A stretch of 61,425 nt of DNA, the filler included. It is 14 parts of 14 records of this genome, joined end to end, with 100 filler letters (N's around TTAATTAATTAA, not from the genome) between each part and the next. Parts side by side here need not be neighbours in the genome. Positions count along the whole stretch, not along the records: positions 46,993 to 51,403 come from SRR15195285_8348; positions 51,504 to 57,986 come from SRR15195285_8350; 12 more parts are not named here. One strand, 5' to 3'. Positions 46,993 through 58,086 of this stretch are shown here, piece by piece. The translations under genes were made by a program, and so were the position numbers. Position 1 is the first letter of the stretch; the number at the start of each line of letters is the position of its first letter. A model generated the notes under the pieces. It saw nothing but the letters and a program-made list of their open reading frames with translations, had not been told where the DNA came from and ran no database searches.

Positions 46993-49900
46993 CTCGTACG
47001 TGTAGACTGCCAGTGTTAGCTCATCTACAATCCGAAACGTATCCGCCAGGAATTGTGGTGCCTGATCAGAGTCTCCTAGAATTACAGAGGAGACATCGAG
47101 CAATATGAAAATGTTGACCATCCGAGTGAAGGCCTGCCACTGGCACAACTTGAAGCATTCCTCTCGAATTTTGCTCCCACTCGGGGGGCGTCGATCAGCG
47201 TCGATGATATGCATTGCCATGACTTCCATAAAACGCCAGTTTTTCTGTTCGGACGTCATCAGAGCAGACCCACTTTCTTGCTGGAAAAAGTCGACCAAGA
47301 CTCCAACGAAAAGCTTGTCAAGCATAAATGCATTCACAACCATGAAGCTTGCAAAGAATCCAAACGCAACGGATGCACTATTGTTTGGCTCAGGAGCACA
47401 ATCGACGCATAGTGAATCTGGTGTGTCCATGCCGATGCGCGTGACGTAGATCCAACCTTCAACAGTCATACACACGAATAGAGATGCACAAGCCTCACCA
47501 ATATCATCAAAGTTGAATTCATACCGGGCCCATGTAAGCCCAGCATCATCACACTCCCATCGAGCAAGTTTGATGTCCTCAATGCAGCGATAATACTGAC
47601 CAGCGAACATGTTGATTCCTAAAATGCCAAACACCAGAAAGCTAGTTGCCTGTAGCGCTAGAATTGCGGAGACCGATGGCAACGCTTTCAGCAGTGTGTA
47701 CAAAATGATCTGCATACCATCGATGATGAGCAGCAGCCGCACCAAACGAAGCACACGGAGCAGTCGAAAGAGCTTTGCTGATGAGTCATATCCCAGCATC
47801 GCCAGGACCACGTCAACGCTGGTTGCGAGCACAACTGTGAAGTCCAGCACATTGGAGCTTGACCGCTTGAGGTACGCGTCTGGATGACCGACGAACCCGT
47901 ACGCAACCAGTTTGCAGATTAATTCAGCCCAGAATGTGACGAATAGGACGACGTCCAACATAGCCATCCAGTCCTGGAACCACTGTGGCAGGCCAGAGGT
48001 AGCATATGTATCTGGACCCTCTAACGCGATGTGCATTCCACTCAGAGCTATGCATACAACAATCACTCTGTCGAAGCCATCGGACTCAACTACCTTCGTT
48101 ATACCAATGCGGAAAGATGAGTCTTCTGGAAACAGCCCCAGTGCTACATTCCGTGTACTGGTCGACTCGGTGGGGTCCAATCTATCGGACGTTTCCACAG
48201 CTTCGATTGGACCCTGATCATCGCCAGGTGTTCCTGTTTCCTGCTGCATCAACGGGTTGCTGAAACTGATCGTGTCGCCCTTGTTGCCCTTGACATTCGG
48301 CTTGTCGCTGTCCCCACCGATCAGTGGGTTTTGGAAAACGAGGCTTGCAGAAGGTATTTCCACAGATGATGCTTCTATTGCCGCGTCGACAGTTGATGAA
48401 GCCGTATCCAAAACTGCAACCACAGTTTGTGCAGTATGTGATGTCACAGAGTCAATCCCAGACTTTTCAACACCAGTCTTGAGTCCGTCTTGAATAGTAT
48501 GGATGACGTCATCCAACTTCAACCTTCCTAGTGGTGTGCCCCTTGAAAGAGTGTTGGCAATCGCGATGGTGGCCATCGCTGCGCCTTCTTCAGTACCATC
48601 CATGTTGGCGATCTCTTGGTTGGCATATTCCTCAATTTGTCGCTGACGTTTCTGCTGGTCGTTGAGTTGGAAGTTCTCCAAGAAAACAGAGATATACAGG
48701 TTCAACAGCAAATACTGAGTGACGAACACCACCACCACGAAATACACAGCAGCCCCGTTGCCGAAGCATTCCATGTACTCAAACATCAAACCCGACCAAT
48801 CATCGCCGGTTGACAGTTGGAAGACTGAGAAAAACGAATTCCGAAGCGACCCTAGGTCCATTCCATTCAGCTCTGTGCGTCGCTGTGAGCCATCAGAATT
48901 GACATGGCATGGCCAGAAGATGAAGGTGCCCATCATGGCCGCGACAAAACAGACAAATACAAATAGGAACGACAGTGAAGCAATCGCATCTAACGATCCG
49001 AAAGCCACCTTGAGCACAGTTCGAATGCTTTTGACTCGCGAAATCAACTTTCCAACTCGAGCCACGCGCATTAATCGTGCGAGACGTGCCAGCACTTTTA
49101 CGATCCGTAGACTCTGCGAGGAGGACGCATCCATGCCGTTTCCGAAAGCAGAAAGAATGTTGCCAGTGTGAGCAATGAACACGATGGCGAAGTCTAGGCG
49201 GTTCATTCCTGTTTTGAAGTATCGTCTCCAGCCCATCCCTTGCAGCTTCACAACGACCTCAAACGTGTACACGACGGTGAACACAATCTCAAACACGAAC
49301 AGGACATCTACGTACCATTGTGCCATCCCATGATGCTCTGACGCCATTAAACTGATATTGACCAACACTGTGGCCATGATGAAGTTGTCGAAGCGCTTGT
49401 CCTGAATGATGATCTGTGATTTCTCCGTCAGTATGGGGCTGTGCTTGCAGCATGTACCAAGACAGTGGTCTTTACGCAGGACAGCCTCAGAGAGGTCCTC
49501 GTCTGCACCACCGTCATTATCTTCCCAGTCATCCCAACCCTGTGCTTCCTGTGTCGTTGGCGTAGTGATATCGACGCTCAGTGGCCCAGATTCGCGCTTG
49601 CTGTCTTTCCCTGCCTCCATATTGGCCATGACCATGTCGCGAATCCCGTCCAGAGTATTATCGTCGCGTGTACCAGTCCGCACTGACATGTACGCTATTG
49701 TCACGCTGGCCACGAACAGGTTCGTGGCAAAGAGCGCGAGGAAAACCGTCAATGCAGCAAATACTGGCCAAGCGTAGATTGCTGTTGAAGCTCCACTCGA
49801 GCGATACATGTTGCAGATGTAGCCCCACTCGTCGAGCGTGGAGATGGTGTAAACTGTAAGCAGGCTCTCGAGTACTCCATCAAACCCGAACTTGTCGATG

Positions 49901-51273
49901 TGTTCGACGCGCCTTGGGGTAGCATAATATGACCTATTCGTGTACACGTAGTTGAGATTCGGCCGGTACTCGAAGCACGAAAAGTTCTTGGTTGAGCACT
50001 CGAGCGTCGTAGGGCATTGTGCTGCCTCGTCCCCACAAAACTGACAGTCTACACCCCGCTGCACCAGGTCTGAGTCAGCACATCGGTTCATCAAGACTCC
50101 TCCGAACAGCGACCGCGCACTTGTCGCAAAAGCTACGAAAAGAAAGATCATCACAGCAGAGACCGTGAAAATCATCGAGCTGCCTTTTGCGAGGGCGCTA
50201 AGAACTTCTCGTACCCCTCCGAAGAATCGTAGACACCGGAAGGATCGTAGCAGTGTCGCACAAGACGACAACGAACTGTCCACCTCTGTATATATGGAAA
50301 CGATGTATATGGTCCAGTACGTAAGCACTATGACCCAGTCCAAAGCATTCCAAGCGTTGCGCAAATAAGCGCCTTCGTGCATAACAAATCCGTGCGTAAT
50401 GATTCGCAGCACCATCTCAACAGTAAAAACAATGCCACACACGAAGTTGATGTACGACACCAGCTCAATCTGAGCAGCGCCGGGCTCTTGAAACAGCAAC
50501 GCGACTACGTTGATCACAATGCAGATCAAAATCCCCACCTCAGTCAGCGGATGAAACACGATTTTAGAGACTGCGATCCTAAACGCATCATCTGGTGGGA
50601 ACATGCCCAGCGACAGTCCCAAAATTTCCTTGCTCCCACCAAGCGAGGCAGCCATGAGATCATTAAACATCTCGTTTGCAGCCGCAGCCAGCTCATCATC
50701 CGAGTCCTCGTCGTCAGCCACTTCGAAGAGCTGTTCGTTGTCCTCGCTAGCGCCAAGGCCAAGGCGAAGCCCTTGTCCAAGCGCGACATTCGATTCGGAG
50801 TCGCCTGCTGAACTATACCACCGGAAAAACTCCTCAAAATCGATTGCTCCGCTCCCATCAACGTCCATTTCCCTGACAGCAGCAGCCAGCTCTGCTTCCG
50901 ATGGGTTCAAACCCATCTTCTCTACCACCACGGACATCTCAGCAGCGTCAATGGTGCCGCTGCCATCGGAGTCAACGACTCTAAAGGCCTTGAGGGCACG
51001 CGTTCTGGACTCGACCCCAGCACCAACATGTTCATTCTTCTGCCACCATTCGATGAAGTTCGCCTGCGACACAGCACCGCTGTCATCCACGTCCATCACA
51101 CCAATTGCCGCATGCTGCTGTTCTTGCGTCAACTTCATCCCGAGCCTCTGTGTGACCCACCCCAGCTGTTCTACATCCAATCCTCTCGCCCCAGAAGCAT
51201 CTACTTCGGCGAAGAGCTGCGCAATGAGCTCCAGCTGCGAGTGCGGCTCATCCTCTGCGGGGGCGTCTGACAT
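46993..51273 (-). CDS. Four-domain voltage-gated cation channel with N-terminal EF-hands, paralogue 2 (3' truncated)
   Basis: Colinear with 25993-30429 and near-identical in the TM domains, with the same pore motifs TLDEW/TGDDW/TVEGW. The II-III linker is divergent and shorter, and there are many synonymous differences. Confidence 0.92.
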
Positions 51274-51675
51274 CGTTTTATCTTCGCCAATGGTAGTACG
51301 GGCGGTTCTCGGGTACCCTGGGGAGCCTTAGGAGTGTACCCAGTCCACCCGAGGGTGGTCGTCTCAGCAGCCTCATAGGACACCTACTCGACGACTGAGA
51401 TCANNNNNNNNNNNNNNNNNNNNNNNNNNNNNNNNNNNNNNNNNNNNTTAATTAATTAANNNNNNNNNNNNNNNNNNNNNNNNNNNNNNNNNNNNNNNNN
51501 NNNCAGTGGTTTTCGTTCTTCGTCTCCACGCTGTTGATCGCGCGAGTTGAGTGAGTAGCTGAGTACCCGCGCGCGCGCCGGCGGCCGCCGGGCCAGTGCA
51601 GGTCGGCGGTAGCTAGATCTAGGTCAGTATCGCGCGATGCGTGGCCAGCTGGAAGTGAGTGGTTTTTTGTCGTCG

Positions 51676-53862
51676 ATGCCGTCGATGGGCGTGCCGTCGG
51701 TAAGTTCATCGCGCCCACATGCGACAGTGGAGCAGATTGTGGCCGCGCTACGTCGTGCGGTCCGGGCGTGCTCACTCGACGGTGGGAACTTCATGGCGCC
51801 TGGGGTGCCTACATCAGACCTTCGAGATCCCGTCAAGCGATTGAGCTCGCTCGCCCTCGACGACGCCGAGGCAGTTGTTCAGAGTGGTGCCCTGGACGTG
51901 CTGTGCCGTGTGCTGTCGGTGCAGTGCGCAGAGCCGGATGTTGTCCAAGAGGCGCTCGTGGCGATCTTCCTGCTGCTGCAGGAGGAGTCTGGCAGTTCAA
52001 GTGAAGCGGTGCAGTCATTCCTCGGAGCGGGTGGGCGTGCGGCTCTGGCCACAGCGCAAGATCGCTCGCCGCCATTGCCTGTAGAGACGATGGAGTGGGC
52101 CGACAGTATCGTCGGTATTTTGCCACCGGAAACCGATGGCGAGGTACTCCACAAGCTGGAGCCACCAGAGCCGGAGCTAGAGGTCGCTGAGCCGGAGGCC
52201 CTCGAGCCGGAGCCGGAGCTTGAGCCGGAGCCAGGATCAGAGGCGCGATGGTCTGCAGAGCTGAAACAATCGCGCCAAGAATGGTCGCCACCATCCCGTG
52301 TTGAGCTGAACAGCACAGCCCAGACGCGCATCCAGGCCGTCCACGAGAAAGTTGCTGAGCTTCATAACACGATGGAGGAGGCGCAGCAGCGCGCTGCCAC
52401 GACTCAGAGCAACGTAGCTGCAGCCCTTGCTGCGAGTGCCGCCTTCGAGAGCAAATGGCAGGCCTTCTCTGATCGGTTCGACGGCCTGACGTCACAGATA
52501 ATCGGGGGACTGCAGCAGCACGCTCAGGCAGCGGCACAGAGAATTGCGGCTCAACAGGTAAACGAGGCCGATACAATTGAACGGCAACTTCGAAGCTCAG
52601 AGACAGAGTGGAGAAAGGCTCTGCCATATTCAGCAATGATGGCGCGGCCCATAGGTGAGTCCAAGCTGCGGTGGGGAAAGCAGCATGACATGCCACTGGA
52701 CTGCTGGTTGGCAGTGTGCGATCAGATGGACCCAGCCACGCTCGTGACCTCCATGCAGCTGAGCTGGTCATGGCACGAGGTTGCGCAGAGCGCTACAATA
52801 TGGCGGCACAAGTGTGATCAGCTCTGGTCCACTAAAGTCTATGTTCCGGGGCTCTTTCGTGACATCGCTGCCGGGTGTTGTGCGGGTTCTACTGTCGGCA
52901 AAGAAGCGCCTTTTGAGGCGTTTCGGCTGTCGGTGATAGACAGCAAACGAACATGGCTCACAGAGGAGGAAATCTGCAGTTTTACATGGTGGTCGCGGAT
53001 GAAGGACTTGGCAGGAGAAGACTGGAAGGATCGTGATCCATGGTGGCAAGGCCAGCCTGCACGACGTTCTCGGTACTTTGCAGACGGACGCACGGCACGA
53101 ATTGAGGAGGAGGATAAAGAGGTTAGTGTCGCTTCACATGTACGAGCGGGTTCAATGTCCGCAGTGAGCGACAGTTTGAGTGGAACAACGACGCAGCTAG
53201 CGGTTGAGACGCCAGCAGTGGTTGAGGCTGCGCTGACGATAGATGAGCTTGAAGAAGCACAGCAGCTCCAGCTGCTCGCAGCCAATGACGATGCATCGCC
53301 ATGTGCGCAGCCTTCACCGCAGCCTGATGAAAATCTGGGTGGCGTTCCAGAGCAGCAGCACTCAGAGCATACTGGTACCGAGGAACAACCAAGTGTGGCA
53401 ACAGGACAAGATGCTCAACAGGAGCAGCACCAGCAGTCGACAGTTGGACAATGGCGATTTGTTGAGGTGTGCTGTGGGAAGCAAGGGCACCCGGGACATT
53501 TCGTGCGTACGAGGCATGGCAGTCGCGAGGTACCCACTAAGGTTGTCTCTCGCCATGTGAATTGGGGCTGGATCATGGACGCGTGCTGGTCGGTCTCGAC
53601 GTCATTTCCGTTGCCCAGACACGGTGTGGATGAATCTCTTGAAGACAATGCACTGCCCATGACAGTGCAAACACAGAGAGAAGAGGCTATGGCCTACAAT
53701 TATGGCATGAACATGCCGAACGCAGTTTGTCAGAGCGCTTTGGTGTACCCTGGTAGTACCACGGACGTCATTTGCAGCGGCGATGCAGATGGCACCGTGT
53801 CCGACGAAATTACAGTAAATCCGGACGCGATACTGTTAGCTGGGTTACTAGGAGTGCAGTGA
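51676..53862 (+). CDS. F-box protein with ARM-like N-terminus, EP tract, coiled coil and Trp-rich C-terminal domain
   Basis: F-box MPLDCWLAVCDQMDPATLVTSMQLSWSWHEVAQSATIWRHKC. ARM-like AVVQSGALDVLCRVL. C-domain RTWLTEEEICSFTWWSRMK..DPWW..NWGWIM. Confidence 0.65.
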   Translation: MPSMGVPSVSSSRPHATVEQIVAALRRAVRACSLDGGNFMAPGVPTSDLRDPVKRLSSLALDDAEAVVQSGALDVLCRVLSVQCAEPDVVQEALVAIFLLLQEESGSSSEAVQSFLGAGGRAALATAQDRSPPLPVETMEWADSIVGILPPETDGEVLHKLEPPEPELEVAEPEALEPEPELEPEPGSEARWSAELKQSRQEWSPPSRVELNSTAQTRIQAVHEKVAELHNTMEEAQQRAATTQSNVAAALAASAAFESKWQAFSDRFDGLTSQIIGGLQQHAQAAAQRIAAQQVNEADTIERQLRSSETEWRKALPYSAMMARPIGESKLRWGKQHDMPLDCWLAVCDQMDPATLVTSMQLSWSWHEVAQSATIWRHKCDQLWSTKVYVPGLFRDIAAGCCAGSTVGKEAPFEAFRLSVIDSKRTWLTEEEICSFTWWSRMKDLAGEDWKDRDPWWQGQPARRSRYFADGRTARIEEEDKEVSVASHVRAGSMSAVSDSLSGTTTQLAVETPAVVEAALTIDELEEAQQLQLLAANDDASPCAQPSPQPDENLGGVPEQQHSEHTGTEEQPSVATGQDAQQEQHQQSTVGQWRFVEVCCGKQGHPGHFVRTRHGSREVPTKVVSRHVNWGWIMDACWSVSTSFPLPRHGVDESLEDNALPMTVQTQREEAMAYNYGMNMPNAVCQSALVYPGSTTDVICSGDADGTVSDEITVNPDAILLAGLLGVQ

Positions 53863-54445
53863 GCCATCACGATGTAGAGTCAATGCATGCACACCGTCCT
53901 TGTAATAATGTGGTACTGGGAAGCTGGTATCAATGATTATTAATGCGGTGCTGGCAAGCTGGTATGCATTTTCTGTGCACAGAACGTGGAGGCTTGGACC
54001 CCTACCGTACAACCTTCGGCTCCACTGCTGTTTCTCCAGCAGCTGTTGGTTGACCTTGATCTGCTGGCGCTGACCGATGAGCATCTGAGCGACGCCGTCG
54101 TCGCGGTACTACCGGCTTTACAACAGGAGCTCTGCCTTCTGCTGCTAGCTTTTCTCTGTAAAGGCCGAACGCTCGCAGCCTTTTCACGTAGAATGGCAAG
54201 GTGTCACGCGTCACAACAACGGGCGAAGCAGATCAGTCGACGAAAGTATTGACATTTCCTAAGACCATTTGATGTAATGATGACAAGGAGATTGAACGCT
54301 CTATTCTATGCGTGAATGGAGGCGTGATGGCGACACAATTCTTGTCCTAAGTTCCGCTTCATTCCACTATGCGCACGATGCGCGAAAGTTGCACGATGAG
54401 TGAAAGTTGAACAGGTTGCAAAACGTTGTGATTAAACGCACACGA

Positions 54446-57400
54446 TCACAACTCAGGCTCTCGCTCAGGCTCCTGTGTTGGGGGTCCACGCACAGCACGC
54501 AACGCCTCTTGAAAGCGTCGCTTCTCGATGTTGGTCATCGTGCTGCTCATCTCTTGCACGTCACTCTCAGTGAGGTAATGCAGGTCACTCAGGGAAGCGT
54601 CTGCACCGGCAACCCGGACCACCTGGTCCGCGTACAAAAGCAGGCGGTGGCGTGCGAGCCATTCCGACATTTCTTTTGCCGTAGATGCTTCGCCTTCAGA
54701 GCGTTGGTCGGTCACCTGCTGAACCTGCTTCGCATACTCGTGCGCCATCGCCTGCCGCTGCTTGGCGGTCTCGAGATCTTGCTGCGCTTGGATCTGCCGG
54801 GTCAAAAATTGGGCTTCGAGGGACTGGATTTTCGACGTGGCAAGCGCTTCAAGGGCCTTCTTCGCAGAATCGCGAGTCTCGGCGCTGAGTGTTTCGTCCT
54901 CAGCCAGTTCCTTTACAATCAACTCTTGTGCTGGCTCCGCCGTTGGAAGACTGTCTGTGCCCCCGAGAGCGTAGACCGACGCTTGACTTTGGCCGGTCGA
55001 CGTTGGTGCTACCGTAGTGGGCTCATTAGTGAATGCCATTCGTAGCTTTTTCTGCAGCTGTGCCACCTCTGTGCGCAGCTTCTGATTGTCCACCTGCGTC
55101 TGCTTCGCTTCACGCAGCATCTTGGCCTGCTTCGCTCGTCCCAAGCTCGCAGCCGCCTTGGACTGCAAGGCCGGCGCACCGGAATTAATGTCCACATCTC
55201 TCGAGAGAGGGTTATCCATCACTCCGAATTCCATCTCGTCTTGTGGCTCGCGCTTCAGCTCCTTGTGCTTGCAGTGGAACCAGATGCTGGGAGCTGGCAA
55301 TACGATTGCGAACACTGTTACGATAAACCAAGAATAGCCTTCTTGCGGGAACCACTCTAGCGCCCAGTGCTCTGGGCTATCGTTGCGCATGATCAGCGAA
55401 ACCGCGTATAGAAGCATCAACGCAGTGTGGCCGATGGCCTCGATTAAGTTGTGCTTGTACTCAACGAATGCATATGTTCTCACGTGGTGCAGCAGGTAGC
55501 CTGCTTCCACGCAAATCACAAAATCTGTTGCGTACCAGCAAAAACAATGGGTTTCAATTGTCGTATGGGAGAAGGTCAGCAGAGAGATCCTGTGGTGGAT
55601 TACTTACAGGTTTGTGCCATAGTGCCTCTCCCCATAATGATAGATATGCCACCAAGCATGAGCTTCCTTGAGTCTGTTTACAGGTTTGCACACAGAACAG
55701 CATGGTGTGACAGCTAACTGCTAGCCAAAGTGCGAGGAACCTAAAGTAGAGTACATACATGCAACGATTTCGTAGTAATATGCATCTGGTCGGTAGTCCT
55801 TGATCGTTGCACCGCAATGCAAATTAGGTTTAAATGCACTGTGCTACCTCAAGATGACGAAGCTATATGCGTTGAAAATGCGAAAGGCAGCTTGAGCTCA
55901 GATCGCACCTTGATCAGGAAGCCAAACGTATCAGACTCATCGTCTGCATCATCTGCCGCGAGTTTTGCGCCCCCTAGCTGTGTCTGGTTCACTGTACCAC
56001 CGAGCCTTTGTTTTGCTCGATTCATGAAGTACAAGAACATGCAAGGTACTCCCACGGGGACCAGCACGATCATGATCACAGAAAATCCCATGACCAGTTT
56101 AAAGTAAGTCGTAGAGCAATCGATGCGGTAGTCCTCCTCGTGAAACGATACATCGCCGTAATCCTTACACATTGGGACGCGGAAGAGAGTCGAACATATG
56201 GTCGGATCTGTTGTCAAGAGAGAGACAGAGTTATTTTGGCATGGGCAGTTGCGGCGCTATGAGTGTGTAGACTGGATCTCTGGTGCTCACAAACTAAGAA
56301 GATGCCAACCATCAGCCGGTGCTTCAACTCCACCTGCAAGACACGTAGTCCTGATTCGTCAGACACCCCCGCTGCAATGAGCTCTTTAACAGTGCGTTTC
56401 TGCACGATGTATAGCAAGATGCACACGCCAGCAATTACAGCTGGCACGGCGACGAGGTTGGTTGCGATTTTTCCTCCCAATCCACCCATCTTCCAGCAGT
56501 CCAAACGAAATACTCTGCGAACATCTAAGAAAAGAAGCTTGACTAAGTCGACGAGCTGCGGGATTGGGTATGCATACGCCAAATCTAGAACTGTGCCAGC
56601 TTGTGCAAGGATTTGATCTGTACACAAACAATGCACTTTGCAGGTCAGTAAGACAGAGACGGGTTGCAGTGCCAGGGAGCAAGCTTACAGAATCCAATCA
56701 CGATTCGAACGTCCGTCAAGATTCCGTAATCCGATAACGCACTGAGGCCACCACTAATTCCTATGGCTGAGATGACGATAGCTGCCAGGATTAAGGCCAG
56801 CATCAGGGGAATATTGATGACACCGTCATCGCAAGACGAACACTCTGCGCCAGTCTTTAAATGATTGTACGAAACTTCGCAGTTGCCGCAAACGGGACCG
56901 CCGTAACCTTTCGCACATGTGCTGCTATCCATGTCAGTTGAGCCATTGAGGATAGTTGGTGCACAGGCCTCAAATCTGTCCCACCCAGGGCAGCGATATG
57001 CCTCGCCGCGCGAACCAAAGAATGTCCATCCACTTCTGAGTTTCGTGACACCTGGAACGGTGCAGTCCATACAGGATGGACAGACTGCGCACTCATCAGC
57101 ATCTACTCCAGTCGAGCGGAAAGACTCACCGTTGCAGCGAACATGACCCAGTTCGACCGCACTGTATGTGTTGGCCTGGCAGAAGCAGCGATCACGCTCG
57201 TAGCTGGGACTGTATCTTGCGGGGCAGTCAAGACACTCCGTTCCGTCGGGTGAATATGCATTGGGCCCAACGTCGTGGCAGCCTTCACACCACGCCTTGT
57301 TGGCATCAGGTTGCTTTCCAGGTGCGCATGTCGTACATGCGAGGCCATCTGCACTATGAGTACCGGCGGCACATTCGTCGCAACCATCGCGTGCATCACT

Positions 57401-57986
57401 AGTGCTTCTCCCGGCGGGGCACTGCAGGCACCCAGAGCCCTGGATCGAGTATTTTCCAGGCTCACATGCTGTGCACGCTGCGTCACTTTCTGCTCGAAAC
57501 GAGCCTGGGACGCAAGGAGTACAAATGGTGCTTCCCTGGCTTGGCTCGTGACCAGCAGGACAAAAGGAACACAGACCAACTGTGCTGAATTGCCCGAGAG
57601 GGCATGGCAGGCACGATGCTTGTAAGGCGTCCGGCTGTTGTCCAGGATCGCACGAGGTACACACGATCCCATCACCTATCTCGTAGATCTGGCATGACTC
57701 ACAGAAAGTTGAGTATTGCCTAAAACTGCACAGAAATCCAAGTGCACACGAACTTTGATCGCATCGGGCGAGTGCAACCCCTACTGTTGTCACAGGTGCG
57801 TGATCATCACTGGCTACGTCAATCGTGGTGTTTGTGATCCTAGCTTGGGTAGCTGCAGTAATCGACAAAGCTGACGCTACCGCAGCTCGGTTATTGGTGA
57901 AAATACTGTCACGGACCAAGATTTGGATGGGACCTGAGAAGACACCAGCGCCACCCTTGCCAGAGCTGATAGAAAATGGGTGCTCT
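54446..57986 (-). CDS. Cys-rich (GCC2_GCC3/ephrin-receptor-like repeats) multi-pass membrane protein with C-terminal coiled coil and SAM-like domain (multi-exon, 5' truncated)
   Basis: CxxCxxG repeats, CAKGYGGPVCGNC, several TM exons, DYRIDC, FGFLIK. The C-terminal MSEWLARHRLLLYAD..LSDLHYLTESDV..IEKRRF is SAM-like. Confidence 0.7.
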
Positions 57987-58086
57987 NNNNNNNNNNNNNN
58001 NNNNNNNNNNNNNNNNNNNNNNNNNNNNNNTTAATTAATTAANNNNNNNNNNNNNNNNNNNNNNNNNNNNNNNNNNNNNNNNNNNN

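Noticed and set aside
43796-53862. Apparent clustering of kinesin, channel and F-box genes as a functional locus
   Set aside because: They lie on different contigs separated by spacers, so the adjacency is artificial.
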